Positions 9,944 through 21,960 of a stretch of 31,239 bases of DNA are shown one piece after another (position 1 is the stretch's first letter; every line of letters begins with the position of its first letter). The position numbers were made by a program, and so were the translations under genes. The stretch covers positions 1-31,239 of the forward strand of contig NW_021834764.1 of assembly GCF_006345805.1 (NCBI RefSeq). The letters are read 5' to 3'. Below the pieces are notes generated by a model that did no database searches, was not told where the DNA came from, and saw only the letters and a list, made by a program, of their open reading frames with translations. Source of the stretch: Octopus sinensis. Lineage: Eukaryota.

Positions 9944-11544
9944 ATATATATATAACTATATGGATTTCTTGTTTGAAAGTATGTATATTTGAATTGATAT
10001 GATGGTGTGAATATTCATAGATTTCGTCTTCACTTGCTATATCTGTATGGTTTAAATATACGGAAATTTATATTCTGGCATCCATCATGTTAATCTGCAA
10101 ATAACTACCATAAAATATGTGATGATGCTTTTTCCTATAGGGTGTCTGTCGAAATGGCGAATCCATAATTCATAGAGTTAAATAAGGTTTTAAATAAACT
10201 TCAATATCGACGATGTCAACAGAATTTAAATTTCATTCTAGTTAATATCAAACCGTGTATTACAGCAGAAATGTTTATTTTCCAAGTTATATGGAATGGG
10301 AAAAATATTTATGAAGAATTAGATGTGGTTTTTAACATTTAATAACAAGAATATGTACTTTCCTCTTCCCACGCGATAGACTTGTGCACTTCCCACTCAT
10401 CGTATTTTGTGAGTGCTTGTTTATGAATGTGTGCATAAATACATATATATATATATATATATATAAATTTGTGTTGTAAGATTCCTGATGTGAAATCGTG
10501 TGTTGAAACATATAGAGTAGTATTTCGAGTTGGGCCTATTTTTTGCCAAATAAACACAAGCACAATATATTTGTTCTTTACTTGCTTATTACTGTTCTTA
10601 TTTTAACCCATGTGTGAAAGTGCACATACGAAAACGAAACGTGGCGCTAAACGGGTGACAGGTGTGTGACAAAAGTTTTACGGACAATGGATATGAGTTA
10701 AAATTTTTAAAAAAATTAAAAGAGTAATAACGAGTGAAGAACAATATCTAGTGTGTGTGTTTAATTGATAAATAAAAAAATGACCATCCCGAAAAACAAC
10801 AATATCTATATATTTATATAGACTATATATATATATATATATATTATATATTATATATATATGTATAACGACATAGAATACTCAAGCTACTAGGCAGCGC
10901 CTTGTGGGTGCTCAAATTGGTATGCCACAAAAATTCTACAGTGAATTGCCTTTTTAAAGCGGCTAGATGTGGCTGCCCATTGAGCCGGTAGGTATAGATT
11001 ACAGCAAACATGAATAGGCAAACGGTTGGGAAAGACTTGACAACGACATTCAATTTAGCAATATAATAAAAAAAGTTTACATAATCTCTAACACCTGTTT
11101 GTAGAATATCCCACCCTTTGAATCCTCGTATGGATAGGGGATTCCATAGGCCGAATATTCCGTTAAAATAGATATCCATTAGTTAATTCCATGAACTAAT
11201 TTAGATAATCGATAATGACTATTTCTAGAATGGAAATAGGACAGAGAGAATAGTTTGATTCTAATCCATGGTAAGGGAAAATGGATGATAGCAGTTCTAA
11301 AGTTGGATAAATACTATTTTCAGCATAGACGCATGGTATACTCTCTGTTCCTTTAATTATCATTGTACTTTGTACTGATATAAATCTCTGTATATGGATT
11401 CACCTTAATAGGTCTATTTTATATGCTGGCCACTGATAAATTCTTACGATTTATTCCGTTATTATACCATACACACACACACAAGACATAACATATATAT
11501 ATATCTATATTATATATATATATGTATGTATATATAATACAGAT

Positions 11545-11652
11545 AAAAACGTTGAAGACTTTTTTACGTCCCTACCGTTGTAATAATACATATATTTGTT
11601 TATCTACACTACCTGTATTCGTCTTTTATTTTTATTGGAATCTCCGTTATAT
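11545..11652 (+). mobile_element. Degenerate fragment of the short pLTR-like repeat family
   Basis: aaacgttgaagacttttt...taatacatatatttgtttatctacactacctgtattcgtctttt matches the sequence downstream of the hammerhead-like motif at 25433-25520. Confidence 0.6.
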
Positions 11653-11703
11653 AACCACACTCACATACATTAATATATATATATATATTTATATATATAT
11701 AAA

Positions 11704-12737
11704 ATTATTTGAGACAAAACCACTATTTTGCAAACAAACAAGGAAAGACTTAATCAATACATAAAATTTAATAAATAGTCAAAAAAACCGCCACTACAAT
11801 CGTTTCTTGTCTTGATCGACAATCTTCAGGTGGACTTCCAATCTAAAAAATCAAAATTTTAAAATATAAAAATAATACTTTTAAATAATTAAAGTATAAA
11901 TGAAAAAATATAAGTATATATCCATATATAACCTATATATAATCCATATCGAAAATATAGACTAATTACCACGAATTCCCTAAAAAAACCATGATAAACA
12001 CAACTCTTAAAAACATATAACGATAAAATCTCCCTTTGCTAAACTCTATAACAAACCTATAAAGTAAACCCCCTAACCTAAACATTCACACACAAATACA
12101 CACACGTAAACCACAAACTCACGACTTATACACATACCTATACTAACTTATAAACCTCAATATACACCAAAACCCACTCCCTCCCCACACAGACAAATTA
12201 ACACATACATCCCAAAACCTAAATAACAAACCCATATACACATTCACACACAAACACACACTCCACTCAAACGCAAACACTCACACACAAAAGATACATA
12301 TACTCCCTCACATATACGCCTATACATACTCACTAAACTCGACATATACAACAATACTTACACACCCACAAAAACATTATATACATTTATGAGCTTTAAC
12401 TCACCTTAGCATCTCTAACAAACAACTTGCAGTAACCCAATCCCATTCTCTATGCCTACCTCACTACTACACTATTCCATTCACATTCCAAGCAACGCTA
12501 GTCCACCACCCGGTTATTCACGTGGCAAAACGAACACCACTCAAAAATTATGAATGAAACAATGTAAAAAAATAACCAACACCTAAAATATACAAAATAC
12601 CAAGAATTACCTAAAAAAACCATGATAAACCAAAACTCATAAAAGCATATAACGATAAAATCTCCTTTGCTAAACCCTATAACAAACTTATATAGCAATC
12701 CCCCTAACCTAAACATTCACACACAAAAAACCCACAC
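11704..12737 (-). repeat. 3' pseudo-LTR (~1.03 kb)
   Basis: Near-identical to 17445-18480; the differences checked are mostly 1-nt indels. Confidence 0.92.
11791..11833 (-). ncRNA. Type I hammerhead ribozyme, canonical core
   Basis: Minus strand: CCAC-CUGAAGA-UUGUC(gaucaa)GACAA-GAAA-C(gauu)G-UA-GUGG. Stem I CCAC/GUGG, perfect 5-bp stem II, minimal stem III, GUA cleavage triplet. Confidence 0.9.
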
Positions 12738-12990
12738 GTAAACCACAGACCCCAGACTTATACACAAACCTATACTAACTTATAAACCTCAATATACACC
12801 AAAAACCACTCCCTCCCCACACAGAACATTAACACATACATCCCAAATCCTAAATAACAAACCCAAATACACATTCACACACAAACACACACACACGCAA
12901 AACACACACCACAACAGATACATATGCTCCCTCACATATACGCATATACATACTCACTAAAACTCGATATATACAACAATATTTACACCC
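11960..12990. repeat. Internal diverged duplication in the PLE 3' region (~11960-12370 vs ~12590-12990)
   Basis: Shared blocks aaaaaaaccatgataaac..cgataaaatctc..ccctaacctaaacattcacacac..catactcactaaactcga. Separately, 12375-12510 recurs at ~13388-13520. Confidence 0.85.
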
Positions 12991-14799
12991 CACTCATACA
13001 GATAAATAAATTAATTATACAATTAAAAACTCACAACCAATCTCATATACATAAACACTCTTATGAAAACAACAATAAATACATCGTAATTAACCAGAAT
13101 CAAAAATAACATTATGACATAAGGATAAATCAAATACATACTTACAATTCAGTTACAATTATGAAGTGAAATTAGATTTTTAGCCGTTAAAAAACCAAAC
13201 AAAATTACGTTACCATGGAAATAACTAATGTAAAAAAAGAATACGCGCCATAGAAAGTAAACGTCATTCATAGTATGAATGGAGAAATATAATAAATGGA
13301 ACTAAAAACTATTTCCACGTAGCAAACCAACGCTACTTAAAAAAAATTTATTATGAATGGATTCTTTAAAAACTATCATGAAAAATCAATTATATACATT
13401 ATGAGCTTTAGCTCACCCTAGCAACTCTAACAAACAACTTTAGTAACCCATACTCAATGCCTACCTCATTACCACCCTAATCCATTCACAATTCCAAGCA
13501 ACACTAGTCCACCACTCGGTTACAATTCCCAACTCTACCCATTCATTCACAATTTAAACGACGTTCCCTTCAACAACTCTACATATAAGCCTCAACATAT
13601 ACACCGGAGATACACTTACACATCCGTGCGGATGGGTGAGAGTATACATTAAGTGTAGTGATGGGTTCCCATTTCTAAACACATTTGTACCTGTGTGGTA
13701 GTCTCCATGTGTATATTCACGCACGGGTATAAATACAGGGGGTACACGCTCACTTCATTTACGTGTACCCCCACATGTACATATGCATACTATTTTGGCT
13801 CGATATATGCAACAATGTAATCGCGCCCGTATGTGTGAGCATTCACTGGTTGTGCAATTCACCCATCTGGGTGTGATTGTGTGTAAACTTATCACTGTGG
13901 AGGTCGAGCTTGATACGTATATATTAGTGTGTATTAGGGTTGTACGTACTAATTATGTTCATGTGCTTCACGCACTTGCGTCCATGTATGGAAGAATATA
14001 TTGGGATTACTATGTAGGTGTAAATAGGGTATGGGGGAGTTTTGTCATTGTATGGGTGTGGGTTTCATTTGTGATGGTGGTTAGTTGGTGATTATAGTAT
14101 GTTCAGTATATTAGGGCTAGTATGTATTATTCAAGTGTGTATAATTGTATACATATAATTGGTGTGAATGGATTACTCCCTTTTTTTTTTTTTTTTTTTT
14201 TTTTTATTTTTTTTTTTTTATTTTTATTTATTTTTTTTTTTATTTTTATTGGATGTATGTGTTTATTTATCCATGTGGGGCTGGAGTGGCCGTTAGGTGC
14301 ATATGCTGAGGCTCACATGCAAACCCAAGTACAACGAATGAAGTGGGCACTTATAATTGTTATGGGTGTGTACTTTATTATAAAAGACAATACCCAAATA
14401 AAATCTGTCAATTCAACATACAAATAAAAAACAAAAACAAAGGGATCTTAAACATTCACACATACATACAAAACTCAATAAAAACACCACTAAATAACAC
14501 CCAAAAACATATAAATATATCCTCAAAATACATATAACAAATGCAAAATAAAAATACATAATAAAATAAAATAAAATAAAATAAAAAAAAAATAAAAATA
14601 AAAAAATAAAAAAATAATATAAATTATTAAAGTTTAACGTACCATAAACTGCTAAATTAATATACATTAAAAATGAACTAATTAAAACAAAGAATATCAA
14701 TAAGACTAACTATAATTAAATCCTAGACAACATAACCAAAATATATCATCTAAACTATTTAAACTAAAACTAAAATAACCTAAAAGGGAACTATTATTG

Positions 14800-17302
14800 C
14801 TATTTATCATGAAACTTATTATATAAGTAAAGTAACTTGTGTCTACATTTTATTTTGCGCTCCTCCCCAGTATTAAGTAAATTATCATACTTATAAAAAA
14901 AATTCTTTAAACTCATTAGAGCATAAATAACAACAATTAGCTCCTATATTATATGATTTAGTTTTACAAATTATTTCCCATATTAAACTATAATTAATAT
15001 TTAGTGATTTAAGACTCCAAATATACTTACTAAGTCCGGTTGAGTTGATTAAGTTTTATTTTTTAAAGAATTCATATGTTGTGCAATTCTTAGTTTTATT
15101 TTGAGGAAGTAGAACCTATATAAACCGCTTTTGTGTAATTATTATTCTTAAAGTTATTATCATGTAATGTAACTATACATTTATACACTACATCGTTAAT
15201 ATCACAATTATTATTTAATATACAATTAGATTTATCTCTACATGTACAATTAATATAAGTCTTATCATTATTAATATTATTATCAAATAATTTCTTTTTA
15301 TAAAATTATTCAGTTTATATTTATTAAATGAAGAAATAATGTTACCAACATTATTAGTGGTAGAGTAACCAACTCCAAAATTATTAAAAGAGAAAATGTT
15401 TCTATATTTACGATTATCTCTAATAAATAGTTCTATAACATCTAAAATCTCTTTTAATATATTCGTTTTAACTTGATCTCCATAAGGAACTATTAACCAA
15501 ATTTTATTCTTATTAACCTTATTATTATTATCATTATTATAAATATATTTATAATTCTTTATTTTATTAAATTATTATCAGAATTATATCTATGTACAGC
15601 ATTTAAGGAATTATTAATATTATTAAATTTATCAATATAATTATTATAATAATTATTAAATTTATTTTTTATTTATATTATTCTTATTTATATTATTATT
15701 ATTATTTTATTTATTATTATTATTCTTATTTATATTTTTATCATTTTATTATTTTTTTTTATAATATCTATTATTTTTACCACTAAACGTAACAAAATTA
15801 TAATTATTATTAGAAGTATCTCGAAAATTATCATTTAAATCATTATCGCTAATATTATAAAATTTAATATTCTTATTATAACCTGCCCCTCTAAGGGCCT
15901 CATTATAATAATTAGCATGTTTATTAAAAATCTCTATATCATAAGAGAGTAATGAAATACGTTTACTTATATTATTAATCAACGATTTTTAATAGAAAAT
16001 GGGTGATTACTATTAACATTTATATATCTAAGGTTCTCATTAAGTTTATGATATGGTTGTGTTTTACCTGTAATAAGATTAAAATTAACATCTAAATAAT
16101 TAACATTATAATTCTCCTTATATATAGTAATACGTAAACCATATCTTTTAAAGAAACTATATAGTTTTTTCTATATACTTCTAGATTCCTATTAGTACAA
16201 TTCTTTGTAACTAGTAGAAGATCGTCTCTATATAAACCACCCTCTATCTTAAGATTTTCTAATTGGAGTTCAGATAAAGAAAAATACCTACTAAATCAGT
16301 AGCCTGTGCAGAATCTGGTGCTCCCATAGGTATATCAAAACAATCTCTAGTATCATTCCTAGCCCATAATTTATTTTTATATTTAATTAGCGATTTCCTA
16401 GCCAATTTAATTACATTTAACTTTCCCGTGACATGCCCACTTTATTCATTGCGAAAATAAGCGCTTTATTAAACACAATTTCATTATAGAAGAATAATAA
16501 TTATCTATATCTATTTGAATAAATTTATAACGATTTTTATCTTTAATATTATTAAACCATTTCAATGTATTATTATTACTAAACCACCATAATTTTAAAT
16601 AATTAAGTTTATTTAACTTATCAATATATTTATCTAAAATAAATTTACTTAATTTACCTAGGTCCGATTTACATGGGCAAATTAATCTAACTTAGGGTCT
16701 GAATAAAAATTATCTTTATGGTCTTTAAGAGTAATTCTGGGGTGCAAAGGTACATAAGGTTCAGTTTTATTATCCAACTCATATTTTAACATTACTACTT
16801 TAGAGGCCTTATTAATATTATAAGAATATCATCTGGAACAATTTTATATTTTTTAATTATTTCTTTCCCTAATAGTTTATCATATAATTTAACATCTAAT
16901 TATATAAGTTCCTTGTTTTATCAGATTGTACTATAATACTATCCATATTTCTCATATCTTTAATTTTAATTGCTAAATTCCTTAAATATTCATTATTTCT
17001 ATTTGGGTATTTATGGAATTCAATATTTTTTACCACCTTCCATATACTATCTTCAAGTAATTGTAATTCTTTATTAAATGGAGGTTCCTTTCTAGATTTA
17101 AATTTAGAGGTATAATTATCATTCCTACTATCAATATCATTAAATAAATAAAAATTATAGTAAAAAGCTTTCCATTTAATTCTAGAAATAAAATCTTTAA
17201 CATTATTAACAAGTTTCAAGATAAATTCCTTTCTAGAAGAATAGGAATATCTTTCAAAGATGAATCCCAAAACAGCGGTTCTATCTTACCTGTAAAATCC
17301 AT
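14800..17302 (-). pseudogene. PLE polyprotein (reverse transcriptase + thumb + Cys linker + GIY-YIG endonuclease), ~830 codons, frameshifted in this sequence
   Basis: ATG at 17302 (MDFTGKIEPLFWDSSLKDIPI), then FISRIKWKAF, SDKTRNLY, ITLKDHKDNF, RLICPCKSDLGKLSK. RT motif A IQIDIDNYYSSI (~16484-16520), motif B MGAPDSAQATDLVG (~16287-16328), motif C YRDD (16221-16232), NYLDVNFNL, thumb YINVNSNHP..EALRGAGY. Linker CTCRDKSNC, GIY-YIG VVY..YIGSTS (~15190-15105), CYLC, KCRH, stop TAG at 14800-14802. Several 1-nt frameshifts (e.g. ~17240, ~16900). Confidence 0.92.
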
Positions 17303-17444
17303 AATTTGCGAAATTGAGGTATTACTCTCAATATACCAAATTATCAATATTATATAAATAATAAATATTAGGGAATATATCCAAATTTACAGGGAAAAAA
17401 TCAGATTTAGGATTAATCCATTTTATAGTAAAATATTATAAAAT

Positions 17445-18480
17445 ATTATTTGAGACAAAACCACTATTTTGCAAAACAAAAGGAAAGACTTAATCAATAC
17501 ATAAAATTTAATAAATAGTCAAAAAAACCGCCACTACAATCGTTTCTTGTCTTGATCGACAATCTCAGGTGGACTTCCAATCTAAAAAATCAAAATTTTA
17601 AAATATAAAAATAATACTTTTAAATAATTAAAGTATAAATGAAAAATATAAGTATATAATCCATATATACCCTATATATAATCCATATCGAAAATATAGA
17701 CTAATTACCACGAATTCCCTAAAAAAACCATGATAAAACAAAACTCTTAAAAACATATAACGATAAAATCTCCCTTTGCTAAACTCTATAACAACCTATA
17801 AAGTAAACCCCCTAACCTAACATCACACACACAAATACACACACGTAAACCACAACTCACGACTTATACACATACCTATACTAACTTAAAACTCAATATA
17901 CACCAAACCAACCCACTCCCTCCCCACACAGACAAATTAACACATACATCCCAAAACCTAAATAACAAACCCATATACACATTCACACACACAAAACACA
18001 CACTCACACGCAAAACACCACTCACACACAAAAGATACATATACTCCTCCTCACATATACGCCTATACATACTCACTAAACTCGACATATACAACAATAC
18101 TTACACACCCACAAAAACATTATATACATTTATGAAAGCTTTAACTCACCTTAGCATCTCTAACAAACAACTTGCAGTAACCCAATCCCATTCTCTATGC
18201 CTACCTCACTACTACACTATTCCATTCACATTCAAAGCAACGCTAGTCCACCCACCCGGTTATTCACGTGGCAAAACGAACACCACTCAAAAATTATGAA
18301 TGAAACAATGTAAAAAATACCAACACCTAAAATATACAAAATAAACCACGAATTACTAAAAAACCATGATAACCAAAACTCATAAAAGGCTATAACGATA
18401 AAATCTCCCTTTGCTAAACCCTATAACAAACTTATTAGCAATCCCCCTAACCTAAACATTCACACACAAAAAACCCACAC
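17445..18480 (-). repeat. 5' pseudo-LTR (~1.04 kb)
   Basis: Direct repeat of 11704-12737. Confidence 0.92.
17531..17572 (-). ncRNA. Second hammerhead copy (5' pLTR) with one core nucleotide missing
   Basis: Identical to 11791-11833 except that the core reads CUGAGA rather than CUGAAGA. Confidence 0.75.
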
Positions 18481-18592
18481 TGCAAAATAGTGGTTTTGTC
18501 TCCAATAATATTTTATAATATTTTACTATAAATTGGATTTAATCCTAAATCATTTTTTTCCCTGTAAATTGGATATATTCCCTAATATTTAT

Positions 18593-18595
<3 letters not shown>

Positions 18596-18666
<71 letters not shown>

Positions 18667-18682
18667 TATATATATTATATTA
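18596..18682. repeat. (TA)n microsatellite
   Basis: Seen directly. Confidence 0.95.
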
Positions 18683-18686
18683 TAAG

Positions 18687-18882
18687 TAGGGAGAATTCAC
18701 AAAGAAAAAACATAAGACGAAGACAGGTGGTGTAGAAAAGAGACAGATGTATTAGTATAACGCTTGGGAGTTGAAAAAGTATTTAACGCTTCGAGCCCAG
18801 GCTCTTCCACAGAAAGGAACACAGAAAGAAACAAAGAGAGAAACAAGGAGAGAAAAATGTGTGTAGTGGCTACCGATCTATC
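18687..18882 (-). mobile_element. Short pLTR-like repeat with variant hammerhead-like motif (motif ~18779-18818)
   Basis: Minus strand reads tagatcggtagccactacacacatttttctctcc..ttccttt-CTGTGGAA-GAGC(ctgg)GCTC-GAAG-CGTT-aaatac..cgttatactaatacatctg..acctgtcttcgtctt. Homologous to 5548-5652 and 25552-25740. Confidence 0.8.
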
Positions 18883-19334
18883 ATGGCAACGCTCACACAC
18901 ATGCACACATGCACACACTCATATCTATAATATATGTATAAATATATAAAGAAAAGAAAAATGGAACAAGATTGTAACAGGTCACAACAGAACATCCCGA
19001 CAGTTAGACACTACAAAAAATGACAGGAAATACATACATCGTAGTGGCAATGGGATCCCAATAAAATGTTCATAACAAGTACTATATTTAATTTAAAGCT
19101 TGTTGGTATTAGCAAGATGATATCGACAATCTCTTTGCCCTTGCACGACATATACAAACTTACATCGCAGATGTGAGTGACAGCCGGATGTAAAAAAGGT
19201 TTCGAGAGCAAGAGGTTGGTGCGTAGATGAGTAGAACAACTGGAAAAGGAAGGATATGGTACAAGGACTGAATTCACCTGCCTTTTTTTTTTTTCGAAAA
19301 CATGACCTTATGATTGGCGTCCCTAAAACCCCCA

Positions 19335-19550
19335 AATAATCGGTCACATGATTAACATAAATTCCAGCATATGTACCTTGATTTCCTTTCGGGACCCCGG
19401 AAGAACATCGCTAACCACTACCAATGCAAAATATCAGCTTTACCTGCTAATGATTTCCGTGCTCGTTGCGGGGCTTTCTGACTAGCCGGGCTTCGGCAAC
19501 ATTCCTCACCGGTGGTTAGCCAATCTAAAATTTTAGGTTCTATAAGGCTT
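19335..19550 (-). pseudogene. Possible highly decayed non-LTR (CR1/L2/Jockey-like) RT fragment
   Basis: Minus-strand SGVPKG...IYVNHVTDYL resembles RT motif B 'SGVPQG...IYVNDL', with KILDWL upstream. The match is weak. Confidence 0.3.
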
Positions 19551-20621
19551 GCACAACATCTCGCAGAACCCTCTTTACCCTATTGACTTGAACTCAAGAC
19601 AAGCCAGGATAACATATTCAGCTTCAGTGCAGGTTCAGGAATGTTGAAGGTTCATGATTTCGAGTGCAAGCAAAAGACCCCTAAAAGGGTCAGCGCCGTT
19701 TCCTGCATATCTTTCTTTAAAATTACAATGATGTTCTACATACATTTAAAAAAATAGCTGAGTGGTGCAACGCTGCCAATGGTCTTGCAGCATGCCGGTC
19801 CACAACTTTGAATTTCTGAGGATCTTTACCATTCGTCGAACCTAAACTAGGTTCATCCATTAGCTTGACAGTCTTTTTTCTCAGTTCTGCTGGGTTGCTA
19901 ATGACCCTCTTCACCAGATTATTTAAGTGGCTGTGCAGTTTAGTAGCCATCAGCACGACCATGGAACAAGTTGCACTGGATTCCATAGTAACAGTAGCAC
20001 TCACGAGAGACCTCATAAGTGAACACACACTCACACACACAAACACACACATACATACACATACTCACACACTCATACACTTCTTACATATATACGTAAA
20101 TACCTCCCCAACACACAGAAGCTCTCACACATAGACAGACTGACACATAGGCTCTCTCTCCTCACATACACACGTACGTTCATAAACATACACACACATA
20201 TGCATATAATATACGTCACCAATTATACAAAAGTACAGACGTAGCTATGTTCTCGGAATCACGTGCGCTATCTGCGAGGCAGATGTGTCTTCTACGGCAG
20301 AAGCGCATTATTTAAGTATATTCCTACGTCATATATTTATGTGTGTTTGTGTGTTTGTGTGTATGTGTGTGTGAGTGCGATTGTCTGTATATATTATGTG
20401 CATATTTGTTTTTGCCTCCTTCATAGTTCGAGTAACAGAAGAGTTTATATGGAAAACATTAAATTACAAAAACCGTGGTCTGTATAATCTATTAAACTAA
20501 TTACATCTGTTGTGACTTTTGTCATGTTAACAGCTTGGCATGCTTATTAGCTGTAGCGGAGTAAAAGACAACAAAAATTTAAAAAAACCTTCTGGCTAAG
20601 TTCTTAATAAAATGTTTGCAA

Positions 20622-20786
20622 GGCGTAGGAGTGGCTGTGCGGTAAGTAACTTGCTTACGAACCGCATGGTTCCAGGTTAAGTCCCACTGAGTGGCACCTT
20701 GGGCAAGTGTCTTCTACTATAGCCTCGTGCCGACCAAATCCTTGTGAATGGATTTGGTAGACGGAAACTGAAAGAAGTCAGTCGTG

Positions 20787-20856
<70 letters not shown>

Positions 20857-21092
20857 GTGTGTGTGTGTGTGTATGTATGTGTGTGTATGTCTGTGTGTCT
20901 GTTCCCCCCAATATCGCTTGACAACCGATGCTGGTATATTTACGCCCCCGTAATATAGCTGTTCGGAAAAAGAGACCGATAGAATAACTACTAAGCTTAC
21001 AAAGAATAAGGCTTGGGGTCGATTTGCTCGACTGAAGGTCGTTTTCCAGCATAGCCACAGTCAAAATGACTGAAAGAAGTAAAAGAGTAAAG
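20622..21092 (+). mobile_element. Full-length tRNA-derived CORE-type SINE (octopus OR-like)
   Basis: Head ggcgtaggagTGGCTGTGCGGtaag (A box) and GGTTAAGTCC (B-box-like); CORE-like ggcaccttgggcaagtgtcttctac; internal (TA)n(TG)n; 3' part ending cagtcaaaatgactgaaagaagtaaaagagtaaag. Confidence 0.9.
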
Positions 21093-21960
21093 ATGCACAG
21101 TCTGTGCAAGAGTAGAGAGAAATGAGTCAGAAAAGCTGAAATATAAGTGATCTAAGAGCATGAAGCCCAGCTATCATGAGACCAAACTTTTAGGATTTGA
21201 AAAGGCAGAGAGAACAAGAAAGAAACTTTAATTCTTCGGGGCTGTGAGAGGAGAGTGTTGGTGAGGGAGTTCATATCAATCAAGCAGGTATTCTTTTAGG
21301 AAATGTCTAGCATCACTTAATGTGTACAGGAATTTAACGGAGGTGTAATTCACTTTGTGGTGCAATTGTGCTTTCTCAAGTTTTGCAATTGTTAAAGGCT
21401 TAACTATTTTCTCACACTAAAAATGAATGCCAATCATTGATATGTAGAGAATATCTACATATCAAAGCGTAGAATTAGTTGCAAATGTGATGAGTATAGC
21501 AGAGTATTCGTTGTATTTAGGGCTGGAACGAAGAACCATTATACGTTGTTTTTAAGTGTGTAGCGATTATGGCTTTGTTCTGACGAACAATTCAAGGTCG
21601 GTATGATCTCATTGTACAATATTTTCCAGCGTCAGTTCAGATGTAACGCCGATGGTCTTTTGGGAATATTGTTGAGGCTGAAGCATGCAAGGTTGAGAGG
21701 ACTGAAACCTATTATCTTAATAGGAAATGACGTCTTAAGTCATTGATTCATATGGCCAAAGTATACGGGGATGTATGCAAATGCAGTGACACAAAAGAGT
21801 TGACATATTGTACAAGTGGGAGAGCTCCATCAATAAATCCTATGACTTTGCAATGTAAACAGGAATTCCCACATGCAAGCGAATACGATTAAAGGAAACG
21901 TCGGGGAACCGTTATTCTTGTAGGTTCATCTGTCAAGATTGTCCAATATTTTACAGATAA

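Larger units (their letters stand above)
11704..18598 (-). mobile_element. Near-complete Penelope-like retroelement (tentatively Nematis-type) with direct pLTRs and an inverted 5' segment
   Basis: RT-GIY-YIG frame at 17302->14800; direct repeats 11704-12737 and 17445-18480; 18481-18598 is an inverted copy of ~17352-17473; (TA)n on both flanks. The clade label is from memory of the 'RWKAF', 'YRDD' and 'KCRH' motifs. Confidence 0.92.

Noticed and set aside
9510-9992. 160-aa ORF with poly-Tyr/poly-Thr
   Set aside because: It derives from the (CTA)n microsatellite and a PLE terminal repeat.
10870-11460. Complex sequence between TA tracts, probably an interspersed repeat
   Set aside because: No second copy, termini or protein motif are visible in this window, so it cannot be classified.
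11704-18480. LTR retrotransposon (1-kb direct repeats)
   Set aside because: No TG..CA ends, gag, protease, RNase H or integrase. The RT + GIY-YIG and hammerheads identify a PLE.
19723-20052. 109-aa minus-strand ORF with partly complex sequence
   Set aside because: It starts in a (GT)n tract, and I recognised no motif or convincing splice sites.
20622-20700. tRNA gene
   Set aside because: The A/B boxes belong to a SINE head that continues into a CORE-like domain; no cloverleaf could be built.
21200-21950. Non-repetitive stretch with a faint 'INDL' RT-like word on the minus strand
   Set aside because: A single short motif next to a stop; no other RT motifs in order.
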